A stretch of 28,461 nucleotides of DNA from Promethearchaeota archaeon (GTDB lineage: Archaea; Asgardarchaeota; Lokiarchaeia; Sigyniarchaeales; SOKP01), in assembly GCA_019057865.1 (NCBI GenBank), contig JAHLWP010000044.1, positions 1 to 28,461 of the forward strand. Reading direction: 5' to 3'. A model generated the notes under the pieces. The model worked only from the letters and a program-made list of their open reading frames with translations, was not told the DNA's origin and searched no databases. This document shows positions 9,907 to 18,218 of the stretch, one piece after another; the first letter of the stretch is position 1, and the number at the start of each line of letters is the position of its first letter. A program made the position numbers and the translations under genes.

Positions 9907-10791
9907 ATGGCTTTACAAAAAGTAACTATTAAAGATATTATAGAGAAGAAAAAGAAAGGTGAAAAGATAGTTACAATAACATCATATGACTATTCATTTA
10001 CTAAAATTGTCGATGCGAGTAATTTTGATTTAATTCTTGTCGGGGATTCACTTTCGATGGTTATGCTTGGATATAGAAATACGTTATCTGTCACCATGGA
10101 CGAGATGATTCATCATACTAAGGCTGTAAGTCGAGCAGTCTCAAATGCATTGATAGTTGGTGATATGCCTTTTCTTTCTTATAAAATTGATATAAAAGAA
10201 GCTTTAAAAAATGCAGGAAGATTTATTCAGGAAGGTGGTGCTGAAGCTGTTAAAGTTGAGGGCGGGACTGAAATTTGTCCAACGATAAAAGCAATGATTA
10301 ATGCAGATATTCAAGTTATGGGTCATATTGGTCTCACACCCCAAGCAATTTATAAATTTGGTGGTTTTTTAGTTCAAGGAAAGACTTTAGAAGCTGCGAA
10401 AAAGCTCATTTTAGATGCTAAAAATTTGGAAGAAATGGGTGTTTTTTCGATTGTTTTGGAGAGTATTCCTTGGCAAATTGCGAAGTTAATTACAAGTACT
10501 GTAGAGGTTCCAACTATTGGTATCGGTGCTGGACCACATTGTGACGGTCAGATATTAGTTATTCATGATATGTTAGGAATTTTTACTGAATTTAAACCTA
10601 AATTTCTTAAATATTTTGGCAAAATTGGAGAATCAATACATCAAGCATTAGATATTTATAGGAATGAAGTAATAAGTGGCACATATCCTGATCATGAGCA
10701 TTCATATGAATTTCCTGAAGAAGATTTAGATAAAATTAATGAATGGTTCGAAAGCGTTGATATTAATGAAGAAGCTCACAAATTGATTTAG
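9907..10791 (+). CDS. panB: 3-methyl-2-oxobutanoate hydroxymethyltransferase
   Basis: TSYDY, ILVGDSL, GDMPF, AVKVEGG, GHIGLTPQ, TIGIGAG..CDGQILV. True start ATG 9907 (MALQKVT). Confidence 0.95.
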   Translation: MALQKVTIKDIIEKKKKGEKIVTITSYDYSFTKIVDASNFDLILVGDSLSMVMLGYRNTLSVTMDEMIHHTKAVSRAVSNALIVGDMPFLSYKIDIKEALKNAGRFIQEGGAEAVKVEGGTEICPTIKAMINADIQVMGHIGLTPQAIYKFGGFLVQGKTLEAAKKLILDAKNLEEMGVFSIVLESIPWQIAKLITSTVEVPTIGIGAGPHCDGQILVIHDMLGIFTEFKPKFLKYFGKIGESIHQALDIYRNEVISGTYPDHEHSYEFPEEDLDKINEWFESVDINEEAHKLI

Positions 10792-10969
10792 ATTTTATTT
10801 TTTTTTATTACAAACAAAGATAAAGAAATAATATTGGAAAAATATCTGAATATAATCTATTTTACGATATAAATAAAATTATAAATTCATATTTATAGTT
10901 ATTATATATAAAAAATTGAATATTTAAAGAAGTAATTTAAAACTATTAATTTAAATAAGTGGACATGTA

Positions 10970-12698
10970 ATGGCTGAAGAATACGACTTTCTATTTAAAT
11001 CCATTGTTGTGGGAGACGGTGGAGTTGGTAAAACTGCATTAACGCTTCGTTTTAGTAAAGGGTTCTTCACAGAAGATTACAAAATGACAATTGGCGTAGT
11101 AACTAAGAGGAATTCCCTCTAGGGGCGCAAACTTTCATGTGAAGACCATTACTATTGATACTAATGAAGGACCAATTCGATCGAAGCTACAAATCTGGGA
11201 TACAGGTGGACAAGAAAGATTTAGTTCTATAAGACCAATGTATTATCGAGGATCTTTAGGAGCTTTAATGATCTTTGATCTTACAAATTCTGCTAGCTTC
11301 GAACATTTACCTCAATGGATCGAAGAAGTCAGAGCAAATGTAAAAAGTGAGATCCCACTATTATTAGTCGGAAATAAGAGTGATTTAACTGATGAAAGAG
11401 TAATCTCAATAGAAGAGATTAACAATTTCACAAGAGATTTTAATTTGTATTATATGGAAACTTCAGCAAAGACAGGTGAGGGTGTTGGCGATTGTTTCTA
11501 TATTCTAGCTTGTCTAATGATAGGATCAGGAGTACCAGATCAATTAATATCCAAAAACATTATTTATAGTCCTGGTCAAATTCTTGGTGTACCTAAAGCT
11601 ATAACTTCACCCGCTACTCTATCAGAACCAGAATATAATTTCTCTGCACCCCCAGTCCCTGAACCAACTCCTACATTCGAACCAGAACCAGAATTTGAAT
11701 TTGAAGCTCCTCCAGTCCCTGAACCAAGCCCAATGGAAAAATCCGAACCTATTCATATATTTGAACCAGAATTAGAACCAGATATTCTTATTCCAGAACC
11801 AAAAATAGAAGAAAAAGGCGAAAAACAAGTTGAATTCGAATTTAAAACCCCTGATGAAATATTATCTGAAGGAGCAGAACAAAAGCCCGTTATTACTACT
11901 TCTTCAGATATTTCCACATCTACTGATAGAGGGAGTTATAAACCTAAAGCAGTGCCTTTTACTTCAAGCATTCCTATTCCAGCGCCACCACCAGAAGGAT
12001 TTCAAGCCCCTAAAGAAATACAACATGTAGAAACAACTAAAGCTCCTGCTCCTTTTCTAATTACAAAGAAAGAAGAACCGCCTAAACCAACATCTATGGC
12101 ATTAGACATACCTGTCGAAACTATATCCGAATCATCATCAGAATCATTAATAGATTATATGCCTGAGACTATTATATCTAAGAAAGATAAGAAAAAATTA
12201 GCCAAACAGAAAAAGAAAGAAGAAAAAGAAAAAGCTAAATTAGAGAAGGAGAAAAAGATCCAAGAAGCAAGAGAAAAGCAAGAAAGACTTATAAAAGATA
12301 TGAAAACAGCTAAGAAGGAAAAGAAAGAAAAGAAAGAAAAGGTTGAAGTAAAAATACCTATACCAATACAACCTACACCATCAACTTCTACAGCATCAGA
12401 AACACCTTCACTTTTTCAAGCTTTAACCCAAAAAGCTGAAGAATCAGATCAAGCGAAAACCTCTACATTTATCCCTTTTGCTGCTACTAAAAAGTCTGAA
12501 ATACAAGAAAGTAGTAAATTAAGAATAATCCCTAATGTAGCTGATATTGAAAGTACAACTCCAACAACCCCTGTTGTACCAATTAACCAAAAGATAGACC
12601 AACAACGTGCAAGTAAGGAAATAATAATTTGTAAACAATGCGGTGCAATATTATCTTCAGATTATGCTTTTTGTAATAAGTGCGGAACTAAACTATGA
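10970..12698 (+). CDS. Rab-like small GTPase with long Pro/Glu-rich and Lys/Glu-rich linker and C-terminal zinc ribbon; join(10970..11099,11131..12698), 565 aa if spliced
   Basis: Exon 1, missed by the track, is MAEEYDFLFKSIVVGDGGVGKTALTLRFSKGFFTEDYKMTIGV. After a 31-nt insert the other frame continues DFHVKT...WDTGGQERF..YYRG..GNKSDL..ETSAKTG. Ends CKQC..CNKC. Confidence 0.9.
11100..11130 (+). other. candidate 31-nt bulge-helix-bulge (tRNA-endonuclease type) mRNA intron
   Basis: Central helix GCGU(11094-97)/GCGC(11125-28), 3-nt bulges AG^U(11098-100) and AA^A(11129-31), internal hairpin. Removal gives GTA GAC TTT (V-D-F). Confidence 0.78.
11640..11790 (+). repeat. intragenic Pro/Glu repeats (APPVPEP x2, FEPE repeats)
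   Basis: CCAGTCCCTGAACCAA occurs twice; several GAACCAGAA units. Confidence 0.6.
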
Positions 12699-12811
12699 AT
12701 TTTACTTCACTTTTTATTCCCTAATCATAAATAAGTGTAAATCCCGATCTGTATAATCTTTCTTAAATATAATTATATTGAATAATAATTTTTAAAATAC
12801 GATTAAAAACA

Positions 12812-13594
12812 TTAAATATTTTTTCCACATATAGGACAAGTACTCCACATTTTCTTAATCTTTGAATTGCAATGGGGACAAATCTTTAAATTAGGATCAA
12901 TTCTTGTTTGAGGTCTCCCAAAGATTGTTACATCATCATTAGTCTCAATTTGAGACATTTTTTGTTCCGTAGGCGCTTTCATAGGTTCTTGGGGTATTTT
13001 AACGGATTTTTCAATCATATCTCTTGCTATATAGGTTTTTGGTGGTGCTTTTTTTACTTGTGGCTTATAATATTCTTGAGGTTTAATAGATGCTTGTTTT
13101 ATATTATCTTTAATAACTTTTACCTCTGGTTTTGGTGGAGATTGCTGAATCTCTTCGATTGGCTCACCTACTTTATAATAGAAATATTTGCCGTTATTAT
13201 TCTCAATAATTCTTTCTCCATCTTCCAAATAGACTTCTATATAATAAATTATTATTGAACCAACTGGAACTTCAGCAATTTCCGAAATAAAATAATCCAT
13301 TTTGATATCCATTTCCATTTGATACCATGATTTCCCTCTGTCAGCACTAAAAATTAAATTAACTATTGAAATTGTTTTATTAAAATCTTCTTCAGTGATT
13401 TTAACAACAATTTTAATAGTCTTTTTTTGGGCTTCTTCAGAAGTACCAATTCTTATTGCTTCCATTTCATCCCATGCAGCTCCACATTTCGGACAATTTG
13501 TAAACCAATTTGGATATTCAAAGCCACATTTAGTACAGTTTTTAGTAAAATACCTTGTTGTTTTAATTCCTAGTGTTTTTTTATCTTTCCCCAT
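12812..13594 (-). CDS. protein with N- and C-terminal zinc ribbons and a central beta-rich domain
   Basis: CTKC..CPKC at the N-terminus, CPHC..CPIC at the C-terminus; central IIYYIEV...ENNNGKYFYYKV. Confidence 0.75.
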   Translation of the reverse strand: MGKDKKTLGIKTTRYFTKNCTKCGFEYPNWFTNCPKCGAAWDEMEAIRIGTSEEAQKKTIKIVVKITEEDFNKTISIVNLIFSADRGKSWYQMEMDIKMDYFISEIAEVPVGSIIIYYIEVYLEDGERIIENNNGKYFYYKVGEPIEEIQQSPPKPEVKVIKDNIKQASIKPQEYYKPQVKKAPPKTYIARDMIEKSVKIPQEPMKAPTEQKMSQIETNDDVTIFGRPQTRIDPNLKICPHCNSKIKKMWSTCPICGKNI

Positions 13595-13769
13595 TATTTT
13601 AGTTCCAATATTTTTGAAATGTAAATCCCAAATAATTTATTACTAAATATTAAATAATTTTTTGTCTTTAAATATATTTTTTATTGACTTAAGTATTTGG
13701 AACAATAATTTTAATAGAGTTCTGACCCTTATTTAAGATATTATAATATATAACTCTAGTTGGAAAAAA

Positions 13770-14357
13770 ATTAATTCTGAAGAAGTTAAAGCCCTTTTAA
13801 ATGCAATTAATAATTTAATTGAAATTAAAATACTAATAAGAAATATTGCTCCCAACTTTGAATTTGATGATGTACAAAATGAAAAATTTATCGAATTGTT
13901 AAAATCTTTGTATAATAAACTTAAACCAATATTTTCTAAGTACTTAAAAGATGAAAATTCAGTATTTACAACAACTACTTTAAGAGATAACATACTTAAA
14001 ACTCTGAATAGCAATAACTTCGCCTTAATTTCAGCTAATTCTTCAAAAAAAAAACTAAAAAATATAGGTATAGATCCTCGTCGTTTGATTGTTTCAGGAG
14101 GACCATTATTTTTTGAAGACTATATAGTTCTTAATCCAGACATTAAAAACGAACAACTTCAAACTATTAAAAAAAAATGCGATCGTTTGATAAATCAAAT
14201 AAAAAATGAAACTTGGGACGAAAAAGATTTAGTATTTATCTATGAAAAAGGAAATTTTACAGATAAATTTAATTTAGATAAGATAAATAGACTTTCAGAA
14301 TTAATAGGTAAAGAACTAAAGGTTTTAGAAATAAAATCTTGGAAGGATTTAGATTAA
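13770..14357 (+). CDS. DUF2100-like archaeal hypothetical protein (start uncertain)
   Basis: KKKLKNIGIDPRRLIVSGGPL..EDY..LNP resembles DUF2100. The frame is open 42 codons upstream of the track start (INSEEVKALLNAINNLIEIK...). Confidence 0.55.
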   Translation: MNSEEVKALLNAINNLIEIKILIRNIAPNFEFDDVQNEKFIELLKSLYNKLKPIFSKYLKDENSVFTTTTLRDNILKTLNSNNFALISANSSKKKLKNIGIDPRRLIVSGGPLFFEDYIVLNPDIKNEQLQTIKKKCDRLINQIKNETWDEKDLVFIYEKGNFTDKFNLDKINRLSELIGKELKVLEIKSWKDLD

Positions 14358-14367
14358 TGAAACTATA

Positions 14368-15546
14368 TTAGGTAATTTTCAGTTTTTTTATTATTTTCTC
14401 TAAATCCTCAATAAATTTTATTATATGCTCTCTTACAATATGTGGCATCATTACAACTCTTATCAAATTAAAATCAGTAAATTTACCTAACATCCAATTT
14501 TTTTTTCGTAATTCTTCTTCAATATTACAAATACTTTCTCCATTTTCTGTTGTTATTCCAACTACGTTCATAATAGGATCAGTAGCTAATTTAATCCCCT
14601 CAATTTCAGTAATCCTTTCAGCTAAAAAATGAGCATTAACCATGCATCTTCTCACTATTTCTTTAAACCCTTTAATTCCTAGAGATTTTAAAATCGCCCA
14701 AAATGCAATAATAGTACCACCTGGGCGAGTTCCTACAATATGGAAATGTTTAAAATTGCCTCCTGCTAAATATGGAACCTCAAATCCTGTTTTTTGCAAA
14801 ATAGACTCATCTCTTATAAAGAGACCCCCAGATGGAATAATTCCTAATCCCATTTTATGTGGATCGGCTGTAATTGATCCCACTGATTTAACATTGAAAT
14901 CCCATGGTGGTATATTATAATTTAATTTTTTTAAAAAAGGTAATATAAAACCACCAAATGCAGCATCAATATGAAAAAATATGCTTTTTCCTTCAATTAT
15001 TTTGCCAATATCTTCAATAGGATCTATTAAACCCAAAGAAGTTGTACCAGCGATTCCAACAACTCCACAGGTATTTTTATTAATAAGAGATTCAAAATCG
15101 CTCAAATCTAATTCATAATTTCCTTTAAGTTTAGCTTTTCTCAACTTAATTCCAAGCAAATCGGCTGCTTTATCAAAAGAGATATGAGCTGAAATAGGTA
15201 AAACAACTTCTGGTTTTTTAATATCTGGTCTTAATTTTTTTGCTATTCTCATTGCAATAAGATTCGCTTCAGAACCACCTGTAGTAAACGTACCAATTAT
15301 GTTTTGTCCTCCAAAAATTTCACCAATTTCAGAAATTAATTCTTCTTCTAAAGTAGCTGTACCGAGAAACAATCCTGGATCTCCCAAATTTTTAGAAATA
15401 TACTTCAAATAAACCTCTTTTCCGAATTCAAGAGGTTCTGTACACATAGATCCTAAAATTGAACCAGATTCATAGGTGAAATCATTCTTTAATTTTTCTT
15501 CGAGAATCTTGAGTATTTCCTGTTTCTTTAAGCCTTCTTCCAACAT
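14368..15546 (-). CDS. mfnA: L-tyrosine/L-aspartate decarboxylase (group II PLP decarboxylase)
   Basis: ILGSMCT, NLGDPGLF.GT, TTGGSEAN, AHISFDKA, HIDAAFGG, SITADPHKMG, GTRPG. Confidence 0.92.
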   Translation of the reverse strand: MLEEGLKKQEILKILEEKLKNDFTYESGSILGSMCTEPLEFGKEVYLKYISKNLGDPGLFLGTATLEEELISEIGEIFGGQNIIGTFTTGGSEANLIAMRIAKKLRPDIKKPEVVLPISAHISFDKAADLLGIKLRKAKLKGNYELDLSDFESLINKNTCGVVGIAGTTSLGLIDPIEDIGKIIEGKSIFFHIDAAFGGFILPFLKKLNYNIPPWDFNVKSVGSITADPHKMGLGIIPSGGLFIRDESILQKTGFEVPYLAGGNFKHFHIVGTRPGGTIIAFWAILKSLGIKGFKEIVRRCMVNAHFLAERITEIEGIKLATDPIMNVVGITTENGESICNIEEELRKKNWMLGKFTDFNLIRVVMMPHIVREHIIKFIEDLEKIIKKLKIT

Positions 15547-15684
15547 CTTTTATTTGAAAACAAATTGATCCTAGAGATCTATTCCTAATATTTCACATAA
15601 TAGAAAAATACAAACAATTAAAATTTTTCAAATTAAAATAAATTAATAAAAAACTACTCATATTAATAGCTCTTAAGATTTGGA

Positions 15685-16005
15685 TTAAAGAAATCTTCTT
15701 GAGTCTCTTTCAGAATATTTATTAATTGTTTTATCTAACTCATCACTTAAATCAATTTTATAATGATTAGCAACACAAATTATTGAAAATAGAAGATCTG
15801 TAAGTTCTTCCCCTACATTAGATTTTATTTCTTTATTAACTTTTTTTGGTTTAAAACCTTCAAGAAAGTTAACCTCTCTTGCTAATTCCCCTAATTCTTC
15901 CATAATGGCAGAAATCATAGATAATGGAGGCCAATATCCTCCATGATCCTTAATCCAATTATTAACAATTTGTTGAATTTCTTTAAGTGAATTTTCCTTC
16001 TTCAT
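15685..16005 (-). CDS. MazG-like nucleotide pyrophosphohydrolase (YpjD-like)
   Basis: GGYWPPLS...MEELGELAREVN...GEELTDLLF...KYSERD. ATG at 16005. Confidence 0.88.
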   Translation of the reverse strand: MKKENSLKEIQQIVNNWIKDHGGYWPPLSMISAIMEELGELAREVNFLEGFKPKKVNKEIKSNVGEELTDLLFSIICVANHYKIDLSDELDKTINKYSERDSRRFL

Positions 16006-16130
16006 ATATTTTCTAATATTTAACACTATTTAAAAGATAAAAGTATTAAATGCTGATTGTAAGTTATAAAAATAGATAAGAAAATTACTTACTCTTTTTT
16101 AATTTTTATCACTATTATTTATTGGTATTC

Positions 16131-16664
16131 TCACAATAAAGGTACAACCTTTATTTCTTCCTTCAGATTCAACCAAAATTTTTCCATTAGACAATAATGA
16201 TTTGGGCAAAAAGTAATATATCGCAGTCTCCATCTATTACGAAAAAACGGAATTCCATCTTCTTTTAGGCATAAAGGACAAAATCTTAATCCTGTTCCGT
16301 ATACTGATTTCCATTTTGTAAACCATAATTCTTGAAATATGCTATTTCTCCAAGAAGTATCCTCTTTAACTTTTGTAATCTCATCAACTTTAAAATTCAG
16401 ATAGGAAAGACTCATTTTTTTTAAAGTTTCCATAGGAACTTGAGTTTTTGTAGTAAAAATTTCTAATAAATCATAATACCAATTAAAGTCATAATCCTCA
16501 TTAATATCATATATAATTGAGTCAGCATAGTAAACTTTTATATAATCCAATAGCGAAGACAAACTATTTAAATTTGCGAGTGCTGTCCTAATCATCCAAG
16601 ATGATAAAGATTCTTCTTTTAATGGTTGTGGTTTTTCTACCCATTTCTTAAAATGTTCAGGCAT
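16131..16664 (-). CDS. tniQ: TniQ-family (Tn7-like target selector) protein, apparently C-terminally truncated, orphan
   Basis: P.PLKEESLSSWMIRTALAN; LRFCPLCLKED..PFFRNRWRL..ITFCPNH.C.M. The following CxxC is absent and there is no tnsA/B/C in the window. Confidence 0.8.
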   Translation of the reverse strand: MPEHFKKWVEKPQPLKEESLSSWMIRTALANLNSLSSLLDYIKVYYADSIIYDINEDYDFNWYYDLLEIFTTKTQVPMETLKKMSLSYLNFKVDEITKVKEDTSWRNSIFQELWFTKWKSVYGTGLRFCPLCLKEDGIPFFRNRWRLRYITFCPNHYCLMEKFWLNLKEEIKVVPLL

Positions 16665-16753
16665 TATAGGAACAATACTAAATAGAAATTTATATCAATA
16701 ATAACATTATTTTAGTTGGAGGATTTTTAACTATTTAACAATTTGTAAGAAGA

Positions 16754-17686
16754 TTATATGACTAAGTCTTCAAAAAAAAGAGTACTTCCAGAATATAAAA
16801 TATCATTACCAGAAAACCACTCATCAAATTTTTCCTCTAATGCTTTAAAATTTGACATTTGATTAATAAAAGTAGAATTTATTATGATAGAATTAAGAGA
16901 AGTCCCAATAATGAGAACATCTCCGCCACTCATAATAAAGCGGTCATGAAAAGGATTGGGGATTCTTGTATTTTGATGAATATCTAAAGTTTTTCCTCTA
17001 ACATTTAATACTTTTATAGAGATTTTTATTTGACTGCTTATTGAATTTAATTCATTTTTTATAGGAATATAATCATTTTGATTAATTTTATAAGTTAAAA
17101 TTTGAATTTCTAAATCTCCAGGAAGAGCATTTTTTATTAACGATATGAGACTTGATGATAAATAAGGATCGCAAATCTTTATTACCTTATTTCCAATTGA
17201 TTTTTTTTGTATAAAATCTAAAATTCTCTGGTGTATGGACATATCACCATATTCATAAAATTCAGTTTTTACTGGAACTTGTGGAAGATCATGTATTGTG
17301 ATTGGTTTCAATTTAAATACTTGTTGGCTACCATCCTTATCTATCGAAGTCATTCTGATACCACCAATTCCAAGACAAAGAGGACTAAAATCTTTTTCTA
17401 TAATTTCTCCATTTTCATTAATTAAGATATACCCTTTAATTATATCATTTTCATTTTCTAGTTCATCACGAAAAGTATTTGCTGATTTAGTGTGAATTAA
17501 ATTAATTTTTACAGATTTCCATTTCCAATTTACAAAATCATCAGAAATCGTACCAAATGCATAATTCAAAATAGCATTTTGATCTAACTCGTCTAATTTG
17601 ACATGAATAGCATGTTTATTATTTTCTGTCATATGGTAATATACAATTCCTTTAGGTTCAGGGCCAGGATAATGCACTTCATTCAT
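16754..17686 (-). CDS. protein with C-terminal PLD-like nuclease-fold domain (single HDR-type motif)
   Basis: IKICDPYLS...IQILT...FHDRFIMSGGDVLIIGTSLNSI. The N-terminal ~140 aa are unrecognised. Confidence 0.65.
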   Translation of the reverse strand: MNEVHYPGPEPKGIVYYHMTENNKHAIHVKLDELDQNAILNYAFGTISDDFVNWKWKSVKINLIHTKSANTFRDELENENDIIKGYILINENGEIIEKDFSPLCLGIGGIRMTSIDKDGSQQVFKLKPITIHDLPQVPVKTEFYEYGDMSIHQRILDFIQKKSIGNKVIKICDPYLSSSLISLIKNALPGDLEIQILTYKINQNDYIPIKNELNSISSQIKISIKVLNVRGKTLDIHQNTRIPNPFHDRFIMSGGDVLIIGTSLNSIIINSTFINQMSNFKALEEKFDEWFSGNDILYSGSTLFFEDLVI

Positions 17687-17808
17687 GATTTAATGACCTA
17701 TAGCTTATTTAATAAAATTCTTACCAATTTACTTAATTATCATAAAAAATTATTATCTATTATTAAAATACTTAAATGTCCAATAATATTATAGTATTAG
17801 CTTCAATT

Positions 17809-18183
17809 TTAAGAAGTACTTATTCTCTTTATTTTATTATCTCGAATTTGCTTTTCAAATTTCTCCTTAGTTAATAATACCAAATCAATATCTAATTCTC
17901 CCTTTTTAATATTGATCACATTTCCATTTTCTCCGAGATCAGCTTGAACATTCATTATTTTTTTTAACTTTTCAGCTAAATCAGGGTAGACTTCTTCTCT
18001 ATCTGGGTCACCAGATATTGCAAAAACTATATCTAAGTCACTTTCATCCTTATGAGTCCCTTCTTTTCGAGAACCTTGACGAGCTACACCATGAATTGTA
18101 AAATTTGTATTTTTATGTAAAAAATTATCTATTTTCTTAGCAAATGAGGAAGCTTGCTGTTCTAATTCTCTATGTTTTGACAT
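17809..18183 (-). CDS. minimal Pol-beta-superfamily nucleotidyltransferase
   Basis: QGSRKEGT...SDLDIVF and third acidic strand DIDLVL. Only 124 aa. Confidence 0.8.
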   Translation of the reverse strand: MSKHRELEQQASSFAKKIDNFLHKNTNFTIHGVARQGSRKEGTHKDESDLDIVFAISGDPDREEVYPDLAEKLKKIMNVQADLGENGNVINIKKGELDIDLVLLTKEKFEKQIRDNKIKRISTS

Positions 18184-18218
18184 AAGTGTATTAATTAAAT
18201 ATAACTATTTAAAAATTC

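Noticed and set aside
11096-11122. Spliceosomal-looking GT...AG segment (GTAACTAA...CTCTAG) in the GTPase insert
   Set aside because: The GT-AG excisions are 24 or 27 nt and do not restore the frame (31 nt, i.e. 1 mod 3, is needed). No spliceosome is known in archaea.
11103-11122. Programmed +1 frameshift as an alternative to splicing
   Set aside because: No slippery run is present, and it would insert about 10 residues in the middle of switch I.
12660-12698. Rab-type prenylation motif at the GTPase C-terminus
   Set aside because: The cysteines belong to a CxxC...CxxC zinc ribbon; the end CGTKL is not CC/CxC/CaaX.
16027-16130. Tn7-like transposon end or att direct repeat at the island border
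   Set aside because: No convincing terminal inverted repeat, TnsB-site array or matching direct repeat found by eye at 22.6 kb or 26.1 kb; the matches are just AT-rich.
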